Virus record (IMG/VR): IMGVR_UViG_3300021168_000355
Location: 12,779-76,778 of that record
DNA length: 64,000 nt
Origin: a virus
Reading direction: 5' to 3' (one strand)
Shown here piece by piece: positions 10,444 through 20,211 of the stretch. The notes beneath the pieces are model-generated. The model made no database searches. It was not told where the DNA came from and was given only the letters and a program-made list of their open reading frames with translations. The position numbers and the translations under genes are program-made. Within the stretch, counting starts at the first letter, position 1. Each line of letters starts with the position of its first letter.

Positions 10444-11216
10444 GAGAAGGGACTTGTGACCACAGTGGGTTGACCAGTGAAAGGATTGAAAGTAGCAGTG
10501 GAAGAAGTTGTATTATTAAACGGTGTTTGACTGATTGTGGGTGCAGAAGCCGCTGCTCCTGGTCCTGTGTTAACAACGCTAGGTGGATTACCTCCAGCTG
10601 TTCCTGCTCCAGATGGATCGCCTGATGATGGGACTCCTGAATTGATCTGGTTCATAAGGTTGCTTAATGCTCCTGATGCATCTTCCAATGAGACCAAAGG
10701 TCGTGTAAAATCCCATTTCCATGCATTCTGCGGAATGGGAGATTGAGGCATAGAGCAATCGGACAAATTAAGCATAAGCATATTGGTATAGGTATATGCA
10801 GGGGTGTAAACCGTATATGTTCCCCCTGCATTGTTGTGGGAGTCTAGGGTAGCTTTGAGCGCCTGCATTGTCTGGAGTTTAACTGACCACGCCGATTGTT
10901 GTTTCATTGGCGTAATCATAATCAGGGAGACATTGATTGGGTTCCTGATAATAGCATTGGCAGCTACAGTCAAATTGGCAAAGGGATATTCAGCAGGTTG
11001 CTGTTCAATCAAACTTCCACCTGCTGCGGGTGAAAATATAGCAAAGGCATCTTCCAATTGAAAGTCTGGATCACCTGTTAACAGATTTTGAGAAAAGGCA
11101 TTTGGATTCGTCAATGCTACAAGGGGTAGCATTCCACCCGTAATATTGGTTGCGATTCCACCTGTCAATACGATAGGCGAAATCTGGAAGTTGAGTTGTT
11201 GTTGGCTAAGGCTCAT
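10440..11216 (-). CDS. Tail tube initiator / distal tail-like protein
   Basis: YPFAN..VAANAII..P and HNNAGGTYTVYTPAY motifs; synteny. Confidence 0.55.
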   Translation of the reverse strand: MSLSQQQLNFQISPIVLTGGIATNITGGMLPLVALTNPNAFSQNLLTGDPDFQLEDAFAIFSPAAGGSLIEQQPAEYPFANLTVAANAIIRNPINVSLIMITPMKQQSAWSVKLQTMQALKATLDSHNNAGGTYTVYTPAYTYTNMLMLNLSDCSMPQSPIPQNAWKWDFTRPLVSLEDASGALSNLMNQINSGVPSSGDPSGAGTAGGNPPSVVNTGPGAAASAPTISQTPFNNTTSSTATFNPFTGQPTVVTSPFS

Positions 11217-12685
11217 GTTGAACTACCTGTACCACTTCCTTCACCTGTTTGACTAAAAGGTAATTTACCACCTTCTGCCGTTGGACCCGTTGGAGCATCG
11301 GTAGCGGTATTTGTACCACCTCCTCCAGATCCACCTGTAACAGCCTCAATGATCGTAACCCAAGAATCCATAGATGGAGACCGAAACTTTCCTATATGAC
11401 GAACACTTGTAACAGTCCACGATCCCTGGAATGCTAGGACATTGTTATTTTGACCGATCTTAGCTTGATCGGGACTACTCACCGTTGCCAATGTATTTGC
11501 TGGAAGTGTTATATCTACTGTGTTACCTGAGGTAGGACTTATATCTCCTCTCAACAGACATTTAATGGAAATCTTATTAGCACCAATCCATGTGGGTTGA
11601 CCAACGAAATCTGTGTATTGGAGAGCAATAGGTCCACCACTCGATTGAGTGTCATCCTTAACCGTTATATCATTCCCTTGAGAATGAATCCGTACTCCTT
11701 GATATCCTGACGTTTGCGGAGTTCCCAACAGATCATGGCTCAGGGATTTAAGATAAGTGGAATACTGTTCTATGGATTGGTAAAATCCATGATCATCGTA
11801 TGCCAATTTGATCTTATCGGATATATTGACAATAACATTGGCTTGTGGGAATGCTGTCTGGAGCGTGTTCTTAATGGCTTGAGAGAAAGGCTGGTTTGCT
11901 GGAACATTGTGGACAATGTTCTTGGGATTGGTCGGTCCACCCACTCCCCCAGGTGAGCCTGGGGTGACGAAGAACTCTAAGGATAGGTCATTATACACCC
12001 AATTCCCGAGAGCAGGCCAGATATTGCCATCCAGTATCAACCCCTGATGGGGGACCTGTAGATTGGCTAAAGGTAATCCATTTGTGTAGCCTGCCCACAT
12101 TTGCAATCGGCAGTTGTTAAATTTGGAAGATTGAGTAACCATGCTAAATGGAATACCGCGTATCTTTATCCACGCAGAGTTTGGAGCTCCAGAGTCGCCT
12201 ACTGGAGTTTCTATGTTAAATTCAATATCCAGGGCTCCAGGATCATTCTGGCCATTCACCACTGAAATGAATTGAGCGCCTTGAGGTCCTCCCCCTGATC
12301 CACCCGATCCAGACCCTTGCTGTATACCTGATCCACCAATCGGTGCTGTTTTAACAGGTTGAACAGATGCGGGTGGAGTAGGTAGGGAGAAATCGACATT
12401 GTAATGGGTGATATCGGGGTTGAGGGCTGTATCCCAAGGCTGAGTAGCATTGGGAGACATGGTAACAGAACCACCTAATACGTCATCGTCTCCAGGAGCG
12501 GTAACGGTTAGGAGTTCTGCACTTCGGAATCCTAATTGCCTAGCATTTCTGGAAGCGGCTAATTGAGCTAAAACTGTACTTGCTACCGTACCATTTGAAG
12601 CCACAGGGGATCCTGCCGATCCGCTGGTGTTTCCAGCGTTCGCAGGGGACTCTCCCGCTGCTATTTTAATGGCGTAATATCTCAT
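11213..12685 (-). CDS. Baseplate hub protein
   Basis: MRYY.IKI, PGALDIEF, GQPTWI and VRHIGKFR motifs; follows the tape measure gene. Confidence 0.6.
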   Translation of the reverse strand: MRYYAIKIAAGESPANAGNTSGSAGSPVASNGTVASTVLAQLAASRNARQLGFRSAELLTVTAPGDDDVLGGSVTMSPNATQPWDTALNPDITHYNVDFSLPTPPASVQPVKTAPIGGSGIQQGSGSGGSGGGPQGAQFISVVNGQNDPGALDIEFNIETPVGDSGAPNSAWIKIRGIPFSMVTQSSKFNNCRLQMWAGYTNGLPLANLQVPHQGLILDGNIWPALGNWVYNDLSLEFFVTPGSPGGVGGPTNPKNIVHNVPANQPFSQAIKNTLQTAFPQANVIVNISDKIKLAYDDHGFYQSIEQYSTYLKSLSHDLLGTPQTSGYQGVRIHSQGNDITVKDDTQSSGGPIALQYTDFVGQPTWIGANKISIKCLLRGDISPTSGNTVDITLPANTLATVSSPDQAKIGQNNNVLAFQGSWTVTSVRHIGKFRSPSMDSWVTIIEAVTGGSGGGGTNTATDAPTGPTAEGGKLPFSQTGEGSGTGSST

Positions 12686-12876
12686 TGACCAATCTTGACT
12701 TGAGCCTGTATAACAGTGGGTTGAAGACCGCTATTTGGTACCGGGATAGTTACTCTAGCGGACATAATCCGTCCATGAACGCTAGGACCTAAGCCACCTT
12801 GAACACCTGGGGGAAGATGAAGAGGACCAGGTCTCAATTGGTTCAGGATCATTCGTTGTCGTGTCGTAGGTAACAT
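12682..12876 (-). CDS. Small hypothetical tail protein
   Basis: 64-aa ORF with GGAG RBS, coupled to the next gene by an ATGA overlap. Confidence 0.45.
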   Translation of the reverse strand: MLPTTRQRMILNQLRPGPLHLPPGVQGGLGPSVHGRIMSARVTIPVPNSGLQPTVIQAQVKIGQ

Positions 12877-12884
12877 GATATCTC

Positions 12885-14891
12885 CTATGCAACTTGGAAT
12901 TGACCAGAGCCAGCACCAAGCATACCACCTTGGACTATGACATTGGCTCCAGCTTGGTTATTCACATTCAACTTGACGAAGTGAGCAGGATGGGCACCCT
13001 GGAAATTACCCAAATCATTCATTGAGGTTTTCTCAGAAGTCTTTTTTGGCGGTGCAGGAGTTTCGGATGTTTTAGGTGTCGTTGTTCGACCCTTCTCACC
13101 TTCTAGTGCTTTCCTGAAGGTAGCTCCTGTTTCTTCACTCCATACACCATGCCAAGTGGGACCAAGAATGCCCCTTAAGATCGAGGGATTCTTTTGTGCT
13201 TCTTCCCACCGATTACCGATTAGTTTTTTGGCTAGGTGTAATGCCACTTTATCTTGATTTTCAGGTGAAAGGTTCTTTGGATCTAAGCCAAGTTCCCGAG
13301 CATTTGAGGCCCAAGTAGCTCCCAAGAATTGATATCTATTACCCTGAAAAGCTGCGCCTCGATCAGGATCTCCACTTAAATAAGACTTGGCTCCAGACTC
13401 ATGCAAAGCCAGAATATCCAACAAGGCTCGATCTTCTGGTGCCATATTCGTACTGGCTGCAAACGTCATTCCGCCAGTTCCAGGGCTTCCGCCCCCAGTT
13501 GTGTTCGCTCCGTAAGTTCCGCCAGACCCTCGCATCCTTATACCGAGTGGCACATGAGTACCGCCAAATCCTGCTCCACCACCACCAACCACACTATCTG
13601 TGGAAATATCGGCAGCTTTGAGGAGGTCGATGAGCGTCTTGTCCTGAACAATGAGTGGACTTCCAGAAGTACCCGCAGGAAGTTCACCCGCATGAGCAGA
13701 ACTGATAGGGGAAAATTCACCAGGAATTGCATCCTTGAACTTCTTCCACCAGTCTCCCCAAGGGATCGGCGTCGCTTCTCCTGGATGATCCTTATCTGGT
13801 TCCTTAGGCATTCCAGGAATAATATCAAAGAAATGGGTTACACTAGATTTCCATCCCTCAATAGCTTTAATGAGGTTTTCTATCGCGGTAATCACACCCG
13901 TAAGTTTGGGCAGCATCTCCGCAGTCCATCGTTGCATTTCGGTAATGAAGGTCGCCTCGAGGCTCTGCATTGCATGGATAAGTGCTTCTTCCTTCTCAAT
14001 CTGATCCTTAGTTAATTCGTATTGGCTTTTCCTGCTCTCTGCTTCCTTGATATAAGCTGCCAATTGTTTCTCATCAGCATTCCGAAGCTTAATCAACTCC
14101 TCATCTGAAAATAAGCTACCGAGCCCTCTCGCATGGGCGATTGATAGGGCCGTGCGATCGGAACCCTGATGCATCTGGGCGGCGGCTCTTTGGATCATTT
14201 CCCTTGATAGCGCGCCAGTTTCTCGACCCTCAAAACTACCCTTCATTCCAAGCCCAGCACGCATTGCGACATACTGGGGTGACGTGATATCGTATCGACC
14301 CTGAGCCGCATTTGCCATAGCAGCGTCAGGATTAACCCAACGATCTAGCCATGTTTCATTGGCGGTCATTGATCCAATAGAGGCACCAAAGCCCGCTGCG
14401 CGTCGTCCTCTACCTGCTCCCTCTTTAGCTAAGGCATAAAGACCTGTCGCAGCAGCAACGGCGGCAGTTGCTAGTCCAACAATTGCTAATCCAGCAACAC
14501 CAAATGCCTTAGCAGCAGTTCCAGCTGCCATAGCTAGAGCGCCAACTTCTTCTCCAGCCACCATCGATCCGCCGGTCTTGATAAGAGCGGAAGATCCAGA
14601 CTTCACTAATCGTTGGAGATTATTCCATTGACCACCAATAGAGGTCAAGTTTTTGGCGACATTCTCAAGTTCTCCAGCCCACCCTTTAGTGGATTTAGAT
14701 AATTTGGACACAGAAGATTCCATCCGGCTCATACCGCCGGACATGTTTTTCCAAATATCCATTTTTGCGCGCCAGATACCCTCTGTCGCTTTTAATTGTT
14801 CGGCATATTGATTGAAGGACTCCGCAAATTCATCAAAGGAGATTTTAACTTCCTTGAAAACTTGAGCGGCGCCATCACCCTCAGCCATCAT
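12885..14891 (-). CDS. Tape measure protein with C-terminal lysozyme-like (lambda R-type) domain
   Basis: Ala/Gly-rich helical body; ALLDILALHESG...RYQFL..TW...LSPENQDKVAL motif. Confidence 0.75.
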   Translation of the reverse strand: MMAEGDGAAQVFKEVKISFDEFAESFNQYAEQLKATEGIWRAKMDIWKNMSGGMSRMESSVSKLSKSTKGWAGELENVAKNLTSIGGQWNNLQRLVKSGSSALIKTGGSMVAGEEVGALAMAAGTAAKAFGVAGLAIVGLATAAVAAATGLYALAKEGAGRGRRAAGFGASIGSMTANETWLDRWVNPDAAMANAAQGRYDITSPQYVAMRAGLGMKGSFEGRETGALSREMIQRAAAQMHQGSDRTALSIAHARGLGSLFSDEELIKLRNADEKQLAAYIKEAESRKSQYELTKDQIEKEEALIHAMQSLEATFITEMQRWTAEMLPKLTGVITAIENLIKAIEGWKSSVTHFFDIIPGMPKEPDKDHPGEATPIPWGDWWKKFKDAIPGEFSPISSAHAGELPAGTSGSPLIVQDKTLIDLLKAADISTDSVVGGGGAGFGGTHVPLGIRMRGSGGTYGANTTGGGSPGTGGMTFAASTNMAPEDRALLDILALHESGAKSYLSGDPDRGAAFQGNRYQFLGATWASNARELGLDPKNLSPENQDKVALHLAKKLIGNRWEEAQKNPSILRGILGPTWHGVWSEETGATFRKALEGEKGRTTTPKTSETPAPPKKTSEKTSMNDLGNFQGAHPAHFVKLNVNNQAGANVIVQGGMLGAGSGQFQVA

Positions 14892-15157
14892 GTTCTCCAG
14901 AGATTAATTATGTGGCGCTGGCGCCATTCCAGTGCGGACTCAAACCTTCTATTACCTATCTGAGCGTAGAACTGTGCGAAGCCTTCTCCTGTTGCCCAAT
15001 CTAAGATGGTACCGACGATGCTCTCTGAACCGGGGGCTTGGGTGTCTCCGGAACCTTCTCTCCAGTATTCCCTTCCCCAGTCGAGGTCGTTAAAGAATTG
15101 CTGAACACCGTAACATTGGATGACATAATTTGCGCATTCCAGATTGACTTCAAACCC
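14888..15157 (-). CDS. Putative -1 frameshifted C-terminal extension of the tail assembly chaperone (gpGT-like)
   Basis: -1 frame open from about 15250 to TGA at 14888-14890; slippery G GGT TTG at 15151-15157. Confidence 0.6.
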   Translation of the reverse strand, partial: GFEVNLECANYVIQCYGVQQFFNDLDWGREYWREGSGDTQAPGSESIVGTILDWATGEGFAQFYAQIGNRRFESALEWRQRHIINLWRT

Positions 15158-15606
15158 TGATACGCCATCGGCAGTTCCTTCTTTATATGGACCGCCGAGG
15201 CAACAATAAAATAGACGATGGCATTTTCCGCCTCCGCCAAAGACTCCTCGTCAACCATCTTCTTCATCTTCACCTCACCAAACGGCACCGTTTCCCAACC
15301 CCCAGAGGGCTTGGGCATCAGAACGTTGGTGAGACGATAAATCTCTTGGAATAAATTATTTTGTACCGTTTCCTCAATCTCCATTTCTTTAGCGGTATCT
15401 CTTAGTAACATAGCGGAGACACGTGGAGCCATTGCAGGTCCAAGACCATTTGAGTAAATGGCCGATAGAGTTCGGGTCAGGACCAGATAATTGGATTCAA
15501 ACACCTCTCTCGATAAAGGCACAGAATGAACCCAAATTTTACCCATGTCAGTATCCAGAGGTACCGCCAGATTAAGTTTCTTGTTTATGGACACAACATT
15601 AGCCAT
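15001..15606 (-). CDS. Tail assembly chaperone
   Basis: Lies between tail tube and tape measure; WVHSVPLSREVFE motif. Confidence 0.7.
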   Translation of the reverse strand: MANVVSINKKLNLAVPLDTDMGKIWVHSVPLSREVFESNYLVLTRTLSAIYSNGLGPAMAPRVSAMLLRDTAKEMEIEETVQNNLFQEIYRLTNVLMPKPSGGWETVPFGEVKMKKMVDEESLAEAENAIVYFIVASAVHIKKELPMAYQGLKSIWNAQIMSSNVTVFSNSLTTSTGEGNTGEKVPETPKPPVQRASSVPS

Positions 15607-15628
15607 GTATCACCTCCCAGTGATATCC

Positions 15629-16069
15629 TCAAGTATTGAATAGGAACGCATTGACGAGGTAGTAACCTTTTGCCGTCACGACCCAAGAGGGATCCTCACC
15701 GGCGAACGACATTTCCCTGACACTTTCAAGGACCATGTTGTTCAGGCTATAGAGCCCAAGCGTCGTGGAGTCAGGACGAACGGTGGCGGCGCCAACGACA
15801 CAATTACTCTCAAATTGTGCCTTATATACGGCAGCCAGTGGCTGTGACTTGACGAGCGCCATCGTCAAGGTCACGATTTGATAGGGTGCAGGAGATGGAA
15901 CTGCGCCTGTCATTGTTGGAAGGTAATCAGAGGCATTGCCTTCCAGTGCGAGCCTCAACCCCTCTTTCGCGAGATAAGAGGAGACGAGATTAAGTTGAGG
16001 GTTATCAGGCCACACCACACTCGCACGAATGCGGTTCAATTGGCCTTGGTCTACGAGTGGGGTCGCCAT
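15629..16069 (-). CDS. Tail tube protein
   Basis: 146 aa, directly after the sheath gene; QGQLNRIRASV...GAVPSPAPY. Confidence 0.7.
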   Translation of the reverse strand: MATPLVDQGQLNRIRASVVWPDNPQLNLVSSYLAKEGLRLALEGNASDYLPTMTGAVPSPAPYQIVTLTMALVKSQPLAAVYKAQFESNCVVGAATVRPDSTTLGLYSLNNMVLESVREMSFAGEDPSWVVTAKGYYLVNAFLFNT

Positions 16070-16093
16070 TGTTGAGGCTCCTTAAGTTTCCGA

Positions 16094-17548
16094 TTAAAGG
16101 GTCACAATGTCGGTGGCTACAACAACCACGAGAATGTGAACGAAACCTCGGGCAGGAATGAAAATGGTCGATAGCCCATCGTATTCCCCGATCCCATAGT
16201 GAGTGGGGTTAGCCTGGGAATAGGGGATAAACGGAACCGCGTTCACATTGCATTGACCTGTAAACGTACCACTGTTAATGGCAGTTGACAAATCAGCCGA
16301 GTTGTATTCGGTCTGGACAACTTGGCCGTTGACAAGACCAAATTGTCCACCTCGCGTCATCGTGCCAGCAAGCACGGACTCCAGATAGTTGATACCTGGT
16401 TGATCGTAATACAGAGGAGCCAACGGATTGTTGCTACCATTGATGATAGCATTGGTCAGGTCCACATTGACACTGAGTTGGACCCAATCGATAGTCCACC
16501 ACCAGTTGAAGTAATCCTTTCCATCTGCCGTGACGCCCTGATAAACGTTGGTGAACGCGATACCGCCTTCTGCCCCTGTCTGGATGTAATTGACAAAATT
16601 GTTCTTGAAGGAGACAAGGCGTGGCCCATTGCCCTGCGAGGGGTAGGGCGTGACACCATAGACGTATTTGAAGCACATAGGCGAGATGCGGGTGACTGAG
16701 GTCGCCTTGTACTGCATTGCCCAGAAGAACATGGAGGCCAGAGTGAACTCGGAATAGTTCCCTGGAAGCGTGGCATTTCTCGCCGCCTGAACGCCAGGAG
16801 CCTCAATCATCTGGATGACGCATTTAACGGTGGGCGGAATCAATCCAACCGCCGCCAGTTCAATCGTCGTCCAGAAATAGGTCATTGCTTCTGGATCAGT
16901 GAACTGCTGGTAAAGGGCAAGAGCAGCAGGGATATTTGCAGCAGTGCCCCAATAGTCGGGCAATAAATATCCGTAGTAAGATAGAGGATTGAGATTGAGC
17001 CAATCTTCCATAGCTGAAATCTCAGCCGAGAACAGAGGCTGATAACCCAACTCCAAAACAAGACAAGTGGTTCCAGTTCCTTGCCTAAAGAATGTGGAAG
17101 CCATTGAATTAAGTTGGGAGACAGAGTACAGCTGGAATTGGCCACCGCCTGCTGATCCCCCAGGACCACCTGGATCAGTGGTCAGTGGATAAGTGAACTC
17201 GTTGGCACCCGTGACAGTGCAGGTGAACGCTCCGTTGTATCCTGGAGGAATGATCCCAGTGATCACCATCTGGACAACAGAACCTGTCGTCACGTTGGCA
17301 GGTAGGGGATCAGTGGTCGTGCAAGTTGCAACCCCGGTCAACCAAGTGATACCCTCAATAGCGCCTGAGGGTTGAAGCAAAGGCTTCAAATCGTTGAACT
17401 GGGTTAACAACGACACACTGTTGGGGGTGATTGTCGTACCACCAAACGACACCAGCACCCCAGACTGTTGATAGTTCTGAGGAGCAGGCGCTAGGATAGT
17501 TGTGACTTGTACCGTAACGATGGCATTTGGATCTTGGTAGACGCTCAT
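16094..17548 (-). CDS. Tail sheath protein (DUF3383-like)
   Basis: GAEGGI...WWWTIDWVQ...INGSNNPLAPLYYDQPGINYL C-terminal sheath motifs. Confidence 0.8.
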   Translation of the reverse strand: MSVYQDPNAIVTVQVTTILAPAPQNYQQSGVLVSFGGTTITPNSVSLLTQFNDLKPLLQPSGAIEGITWLTGVATCTTTDPLPANVTTGSVVQMVITGIIPPGYNGAFTCTVTGANEFTYPLTTDPGGPGGSAGGGQFQLYSVSQLNSMASTFFRQGTGTTCLVLELGYQPLFSAEISAMEDWLNLNPLSYYGYLLPDYWGTAANIPAALALYQQFTDPEAMTYFWTTIELAAVGLIPPTVKCVIQMIEAPGVQAARNATLPGNYSEFTLASMFFWAMQYKATSVTRISPMCFKYVYGVTPYPSQGNGPRLVSFKNNFVNYIQTGAEGGIAFTNVYQGVTADGKDYFNWWWTIDWVQLSVNVDLTNAIINGSNNPLAPLYYDQPGINYLESVLAGTMTRGGQFGLVNGQVVQTEYNSADLSTAINSGTFTGQCNVNAVPFIPYSQANPTHYGIGEYDGLSTIFIPARGFVHILVVVVATDIVTL

Positions 17549-18591
17549 GTTCCTGCTCCTACAGTTGCGCGGGTTCGGGCTGAGATATGGCCACTAATTC
17601 CTGGAGGCTCGATCTTAGCCTCGTTCTGCACCACACAATGTTTAATAAACTGGCGTGCGACATTTCGGACGCTCTTTTGGAGATAGGCAATCTTAAACTC
17701 GATGGTTTTCTTCTGGGCAAGAACACCGAGTTCGGGGCTGGTTCTCTTTTCATCCATGATGATTGGCATATTCATCATTCCGATGTAATTCCAATCATAT
17801 GAATATTGGATAACGAAATTAAGGAAAGTGATTATGGTATCGTTATTCACACCATATGTTGTCACCCGAACAGTTTCGGCAGCCAATTGTTGACTGGTCA
17901 ACGTTGGGCCCAAGAAAGCTGTTTCCACGAGTGAACGGGTATCCTCAATATGGACAGCTCCATAAGGAGGTTGTAAATTATCAGGTACGAGGAACGATGG
18001 GTATAAATCAATTGGACATGTAAACCCAGGATATGGTGGAACATAGGATCTCATCGCCAACCAAATCGGAAGGGAGTTGGATACAATTGGTTCCAGAGCG
18101 TCGAGTTCTGCCTGAGTATCAATAACCTGGGTTTCGTCAATCGCCGATACGGCAGTGCCCATATAATGATACAAGTTGGCTTGTTCGTAAAATTTACCTC
18201 GACTACTAAAAGAAAACCGAATTCCTTCAAAATTCGCCAAATACATAGTTTGGGGATTAATGTCCTTAAATGTATCAACTTCCGAAAGGGCGGTAAAGAC
18301 AATGGTGTTATAAGCGATGGTAGCATCTTCATGTTGCCCAACATCAGTGGAATAGTGAAGTGATCCTTTGATGCTTAGGGTACCAGGCAGCGTGGGGTCA
18401 ATACCGCCACTAGCCAAATCCCATTTAACCCAAAATACAAATCCATCGACTGGAAGAATGACTTTCTTATATAGGGTAAAATTAACTCTTTGGTTATAGG
18501 ATATGTTTTCAACACCTGCCGCAAGACTTGCAGCAAGTGGTGTTTTGGCAGAGGCGGCTGCTTCGTTAATTCTTACCATTAATCTACCCAC
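17545..18591 (-). CDS. Head-tail connector / tail completion protein
   Basis: Synteny between neck genes and sheath; VILPVDGFVFWV and YPSFLVPDNL motifs. Confidence 0.55.
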   Translation of the reverse strand: MGRLMVRINEAAASAKTPLAASLAAGVENISYNQRVNFTLYKKVILPVDGFVFWVKWDLASGGIDPTLPGTLSIKGSLHYSTDVGQHEDATIAYNTIVFTALSEVDTFKDINPQTMYLANFEGIRFSFSSRGKFYEQANLYHYMGTAVSAIDETQVIDTQAELDALEPIVSNSLPIWLAMRSYVPPYPGFTCPIDLYPSFLVPDNLQPPYGAVHIEDTRSLVETAFLGPTLTSQQLAAETVRVTTYGVNNDTIITFLNFVIQYSYDWNYIGMMNMPIIMDEKRTSPELGVLAQKKTIEFKIAYLQKSVRNVARQFIKHCVVQNEAKIEPPGISGHISARTRATVGAGT

Positions 18592-19085
18592 GCCCTAAAG
18601 GAAGCTCGATAGATACCTGTGTCGATAAACGAGGGCCGTTGCGTACCTTGCATTGTCTTGGAACCTCGCCCATGTCTTACTCCAGCAAGAGCAGCTTTTG
18701 TTGGGACTCCAGGAACCCGACCATTCATTTCCTCTGTATCTAGGAATTTCTTAAACAACGCCTCTATTTCTTTGGTAGCAGGTTTGAGCAAGGCTCCCAG
18801 ATTAGTTGCGCGACGACCACCTGTCATCACGTCACCTGCTACCTTTTCAAATTGACTAAGTATGGAGAGTTGGATATCCGCCGCATGTAATTTGGTAAAT
18901 TCATCGACAATTTGGTATTTGGCTTCAAGGATTGCAGCCACATCCTCTGCTGTCATGGTCTTAGAAAAACTGCGGCGACGCGGGCGTCGAGATTCCGCTC
19001 TTGCGGCAGTGACTGGACGAGCAATCGATTCCGCAGTGTAAGGGGTATTGATAAAGCCCATTTTCAGGGAAATGGAATCAGCCAT
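18579..19085 (-). CDS. Neck / tail-completion protein
   Basis: GVPTKAAL.GV...RPSFIDTGIYRASF motif; start at 19085 chosen from the TAATG overlap. Confidence 0.6.
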   Translation of the reverse strand: MADSISLKMGFINTPYTAESIARPVTAARAESRRPRRRSFSKTMTAEDVAAILEAKYQIVDEFTKLHAADIQLSILSQFEKVAGDVMTGGRRATNLGALLKPATKEIEALFKKFLDTEEMNGRVPGVPTKAALAGVRHGRGSKTMQGTQRPSFIDTGIYRASFRAWVD

Positions 19086-19561
19086 TATGATATCCCCCAA
19101 AGCGTGCCGATGTTCTGTGCAATGGAGAGATACATTCGGCCCCAAGGCGTTTTCAAGTTTTGGAGATCGCCTAAGGTCATATTCTTTAAGAAATCCGAAA
19201 CCGCAATACCTTGCGACGTGCTTTGGTCAGAGGAGAAGTTAATCACTCCACCCACAAAATTGTTAATGTTAAAGGAGTCCCGTAGATCCGACCAATAGGT
19301 CGGATCACTGGATCCTGGTATATCAGGTGCGTAATTGATGAGCGTATCCGCACCCAGACTATAGACAGCGGTCGCATATACACTGGGTGATGTTATCTGT
19401 GATGGAACAGCCAGCAACCACCAATAGGTCATATTCAGGGAGAAATCGTAAGAGAATTGGACAGCATTTGGATCCACATCCGTAGGCATCTGATCCGCGG
19501 GAACGCCCACGATATTAGTCAGGAACGCCTGATAGCCTACGAATGTTGGATCGTCAGTCAC
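19085..19561 (-). CDS. Head-tail adaptor (DUF4054-like)
   Basis: SSDQSTS...LQNLKTPWGRMYL motif. Confidence 0.65.
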   Translation of the reverse strand: MTDDPTFVGYQAFLTNIVGVPADQMPTDVDPNAVQFSYDFSLNMTYWWLLAVPSQITSPSVYATAVYSLGADTLINYAPDIPGSSDPTYWSDLRDSFNINNFVGGVINFSSDQSTSQGIAVSDFLKNMTLGDLQNLKTPWGRMYLSIAQNIGTLWGIS

Positions 19562-20100
19562 TACCGACTCCTCAACCCTCTGACATTCGAGCCCTCAGAT
19601 GGGGGAACACGCAGGACCTGAATGCCCTCTGAGAACAGGTCTGGATGCCCCTCTTTAGAACCCTCTTTGGGAGGATCCTCTTCAACGGACATTTCAAGAT
19701 TGGTGAGCTTCATGGCATTGTTATCTGGGCCAATAATCTCATTCTCGATGGTGCTGGAAGCAGCGACGGCGCTCTCCTTCCGAATAACTTTACCCATTTC
19801 ATCCTTTAGTTCTTGGTATTTAAGAATGGCCTTTTTCAATACATTCTCGGAGATAGGGGCACCGAGAGAATACATAATCCCACCAAACCTTGGCGAGTCA
19901 TACCTACCAACTTCCATAAACCCATAGGGTTCATGCTGGAGTATGATGCCTTGAATATCATCAGGTGTTGGGCTACCGGCTATTTTAACCTGAGTCCCAA
20001 TCGGAATCTCTTGAGCAGTTGGACTAGAACGTCCTGACGCTCGATATAGGAACGTGTAGTGTTGTTTGGTTGCGTTTGCCACATACATATCGGTCATCAT
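19561..20100 (-). CDS. Hypothetical head-associated protein
   Basis: ORF after the major capsid gene, with GGGAG RBS. Confidence 0.6.
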   Translation of the reverse strand: MMTDMYVANATKQHYTFLYRASGRSSPTAQEIPIGTQVKIAGSPTPDDIQGIILQHEPYGFMEVGRYDSPRFGGIMYSLGAPISENVLKKAILKYQELKDEMGKVIRKESAVAASSTIENEIIGPDNNAMKLTNLEMSVEEDPPKEGSKEGHPDLFSEGIQVLRVPPSEGSNVRGLRSR

Positions 20101-20120
20101 AATTCTCCCTTTTATGATGC

Positions 20121-20177
20121 GGGCAGTCTGACATGGCTAAAGATGGGAGGTAATCCTTAACCTATGTCAAACTGCCC
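20121..20177 (-). other. Stem-loop downstream of major capsid gene (mRNA processing or stabilising site)
   Basis: GGGCAGTTTGACAT / ATGTCAGACTGCCC 14-bp stem with one G-U pair on the minus strand. Confidence 0.5.
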
Positions 20178-20211
20178 TATCCGCCCAAGCTTGAGGAGGC
20201 CCCGTGCGGAA

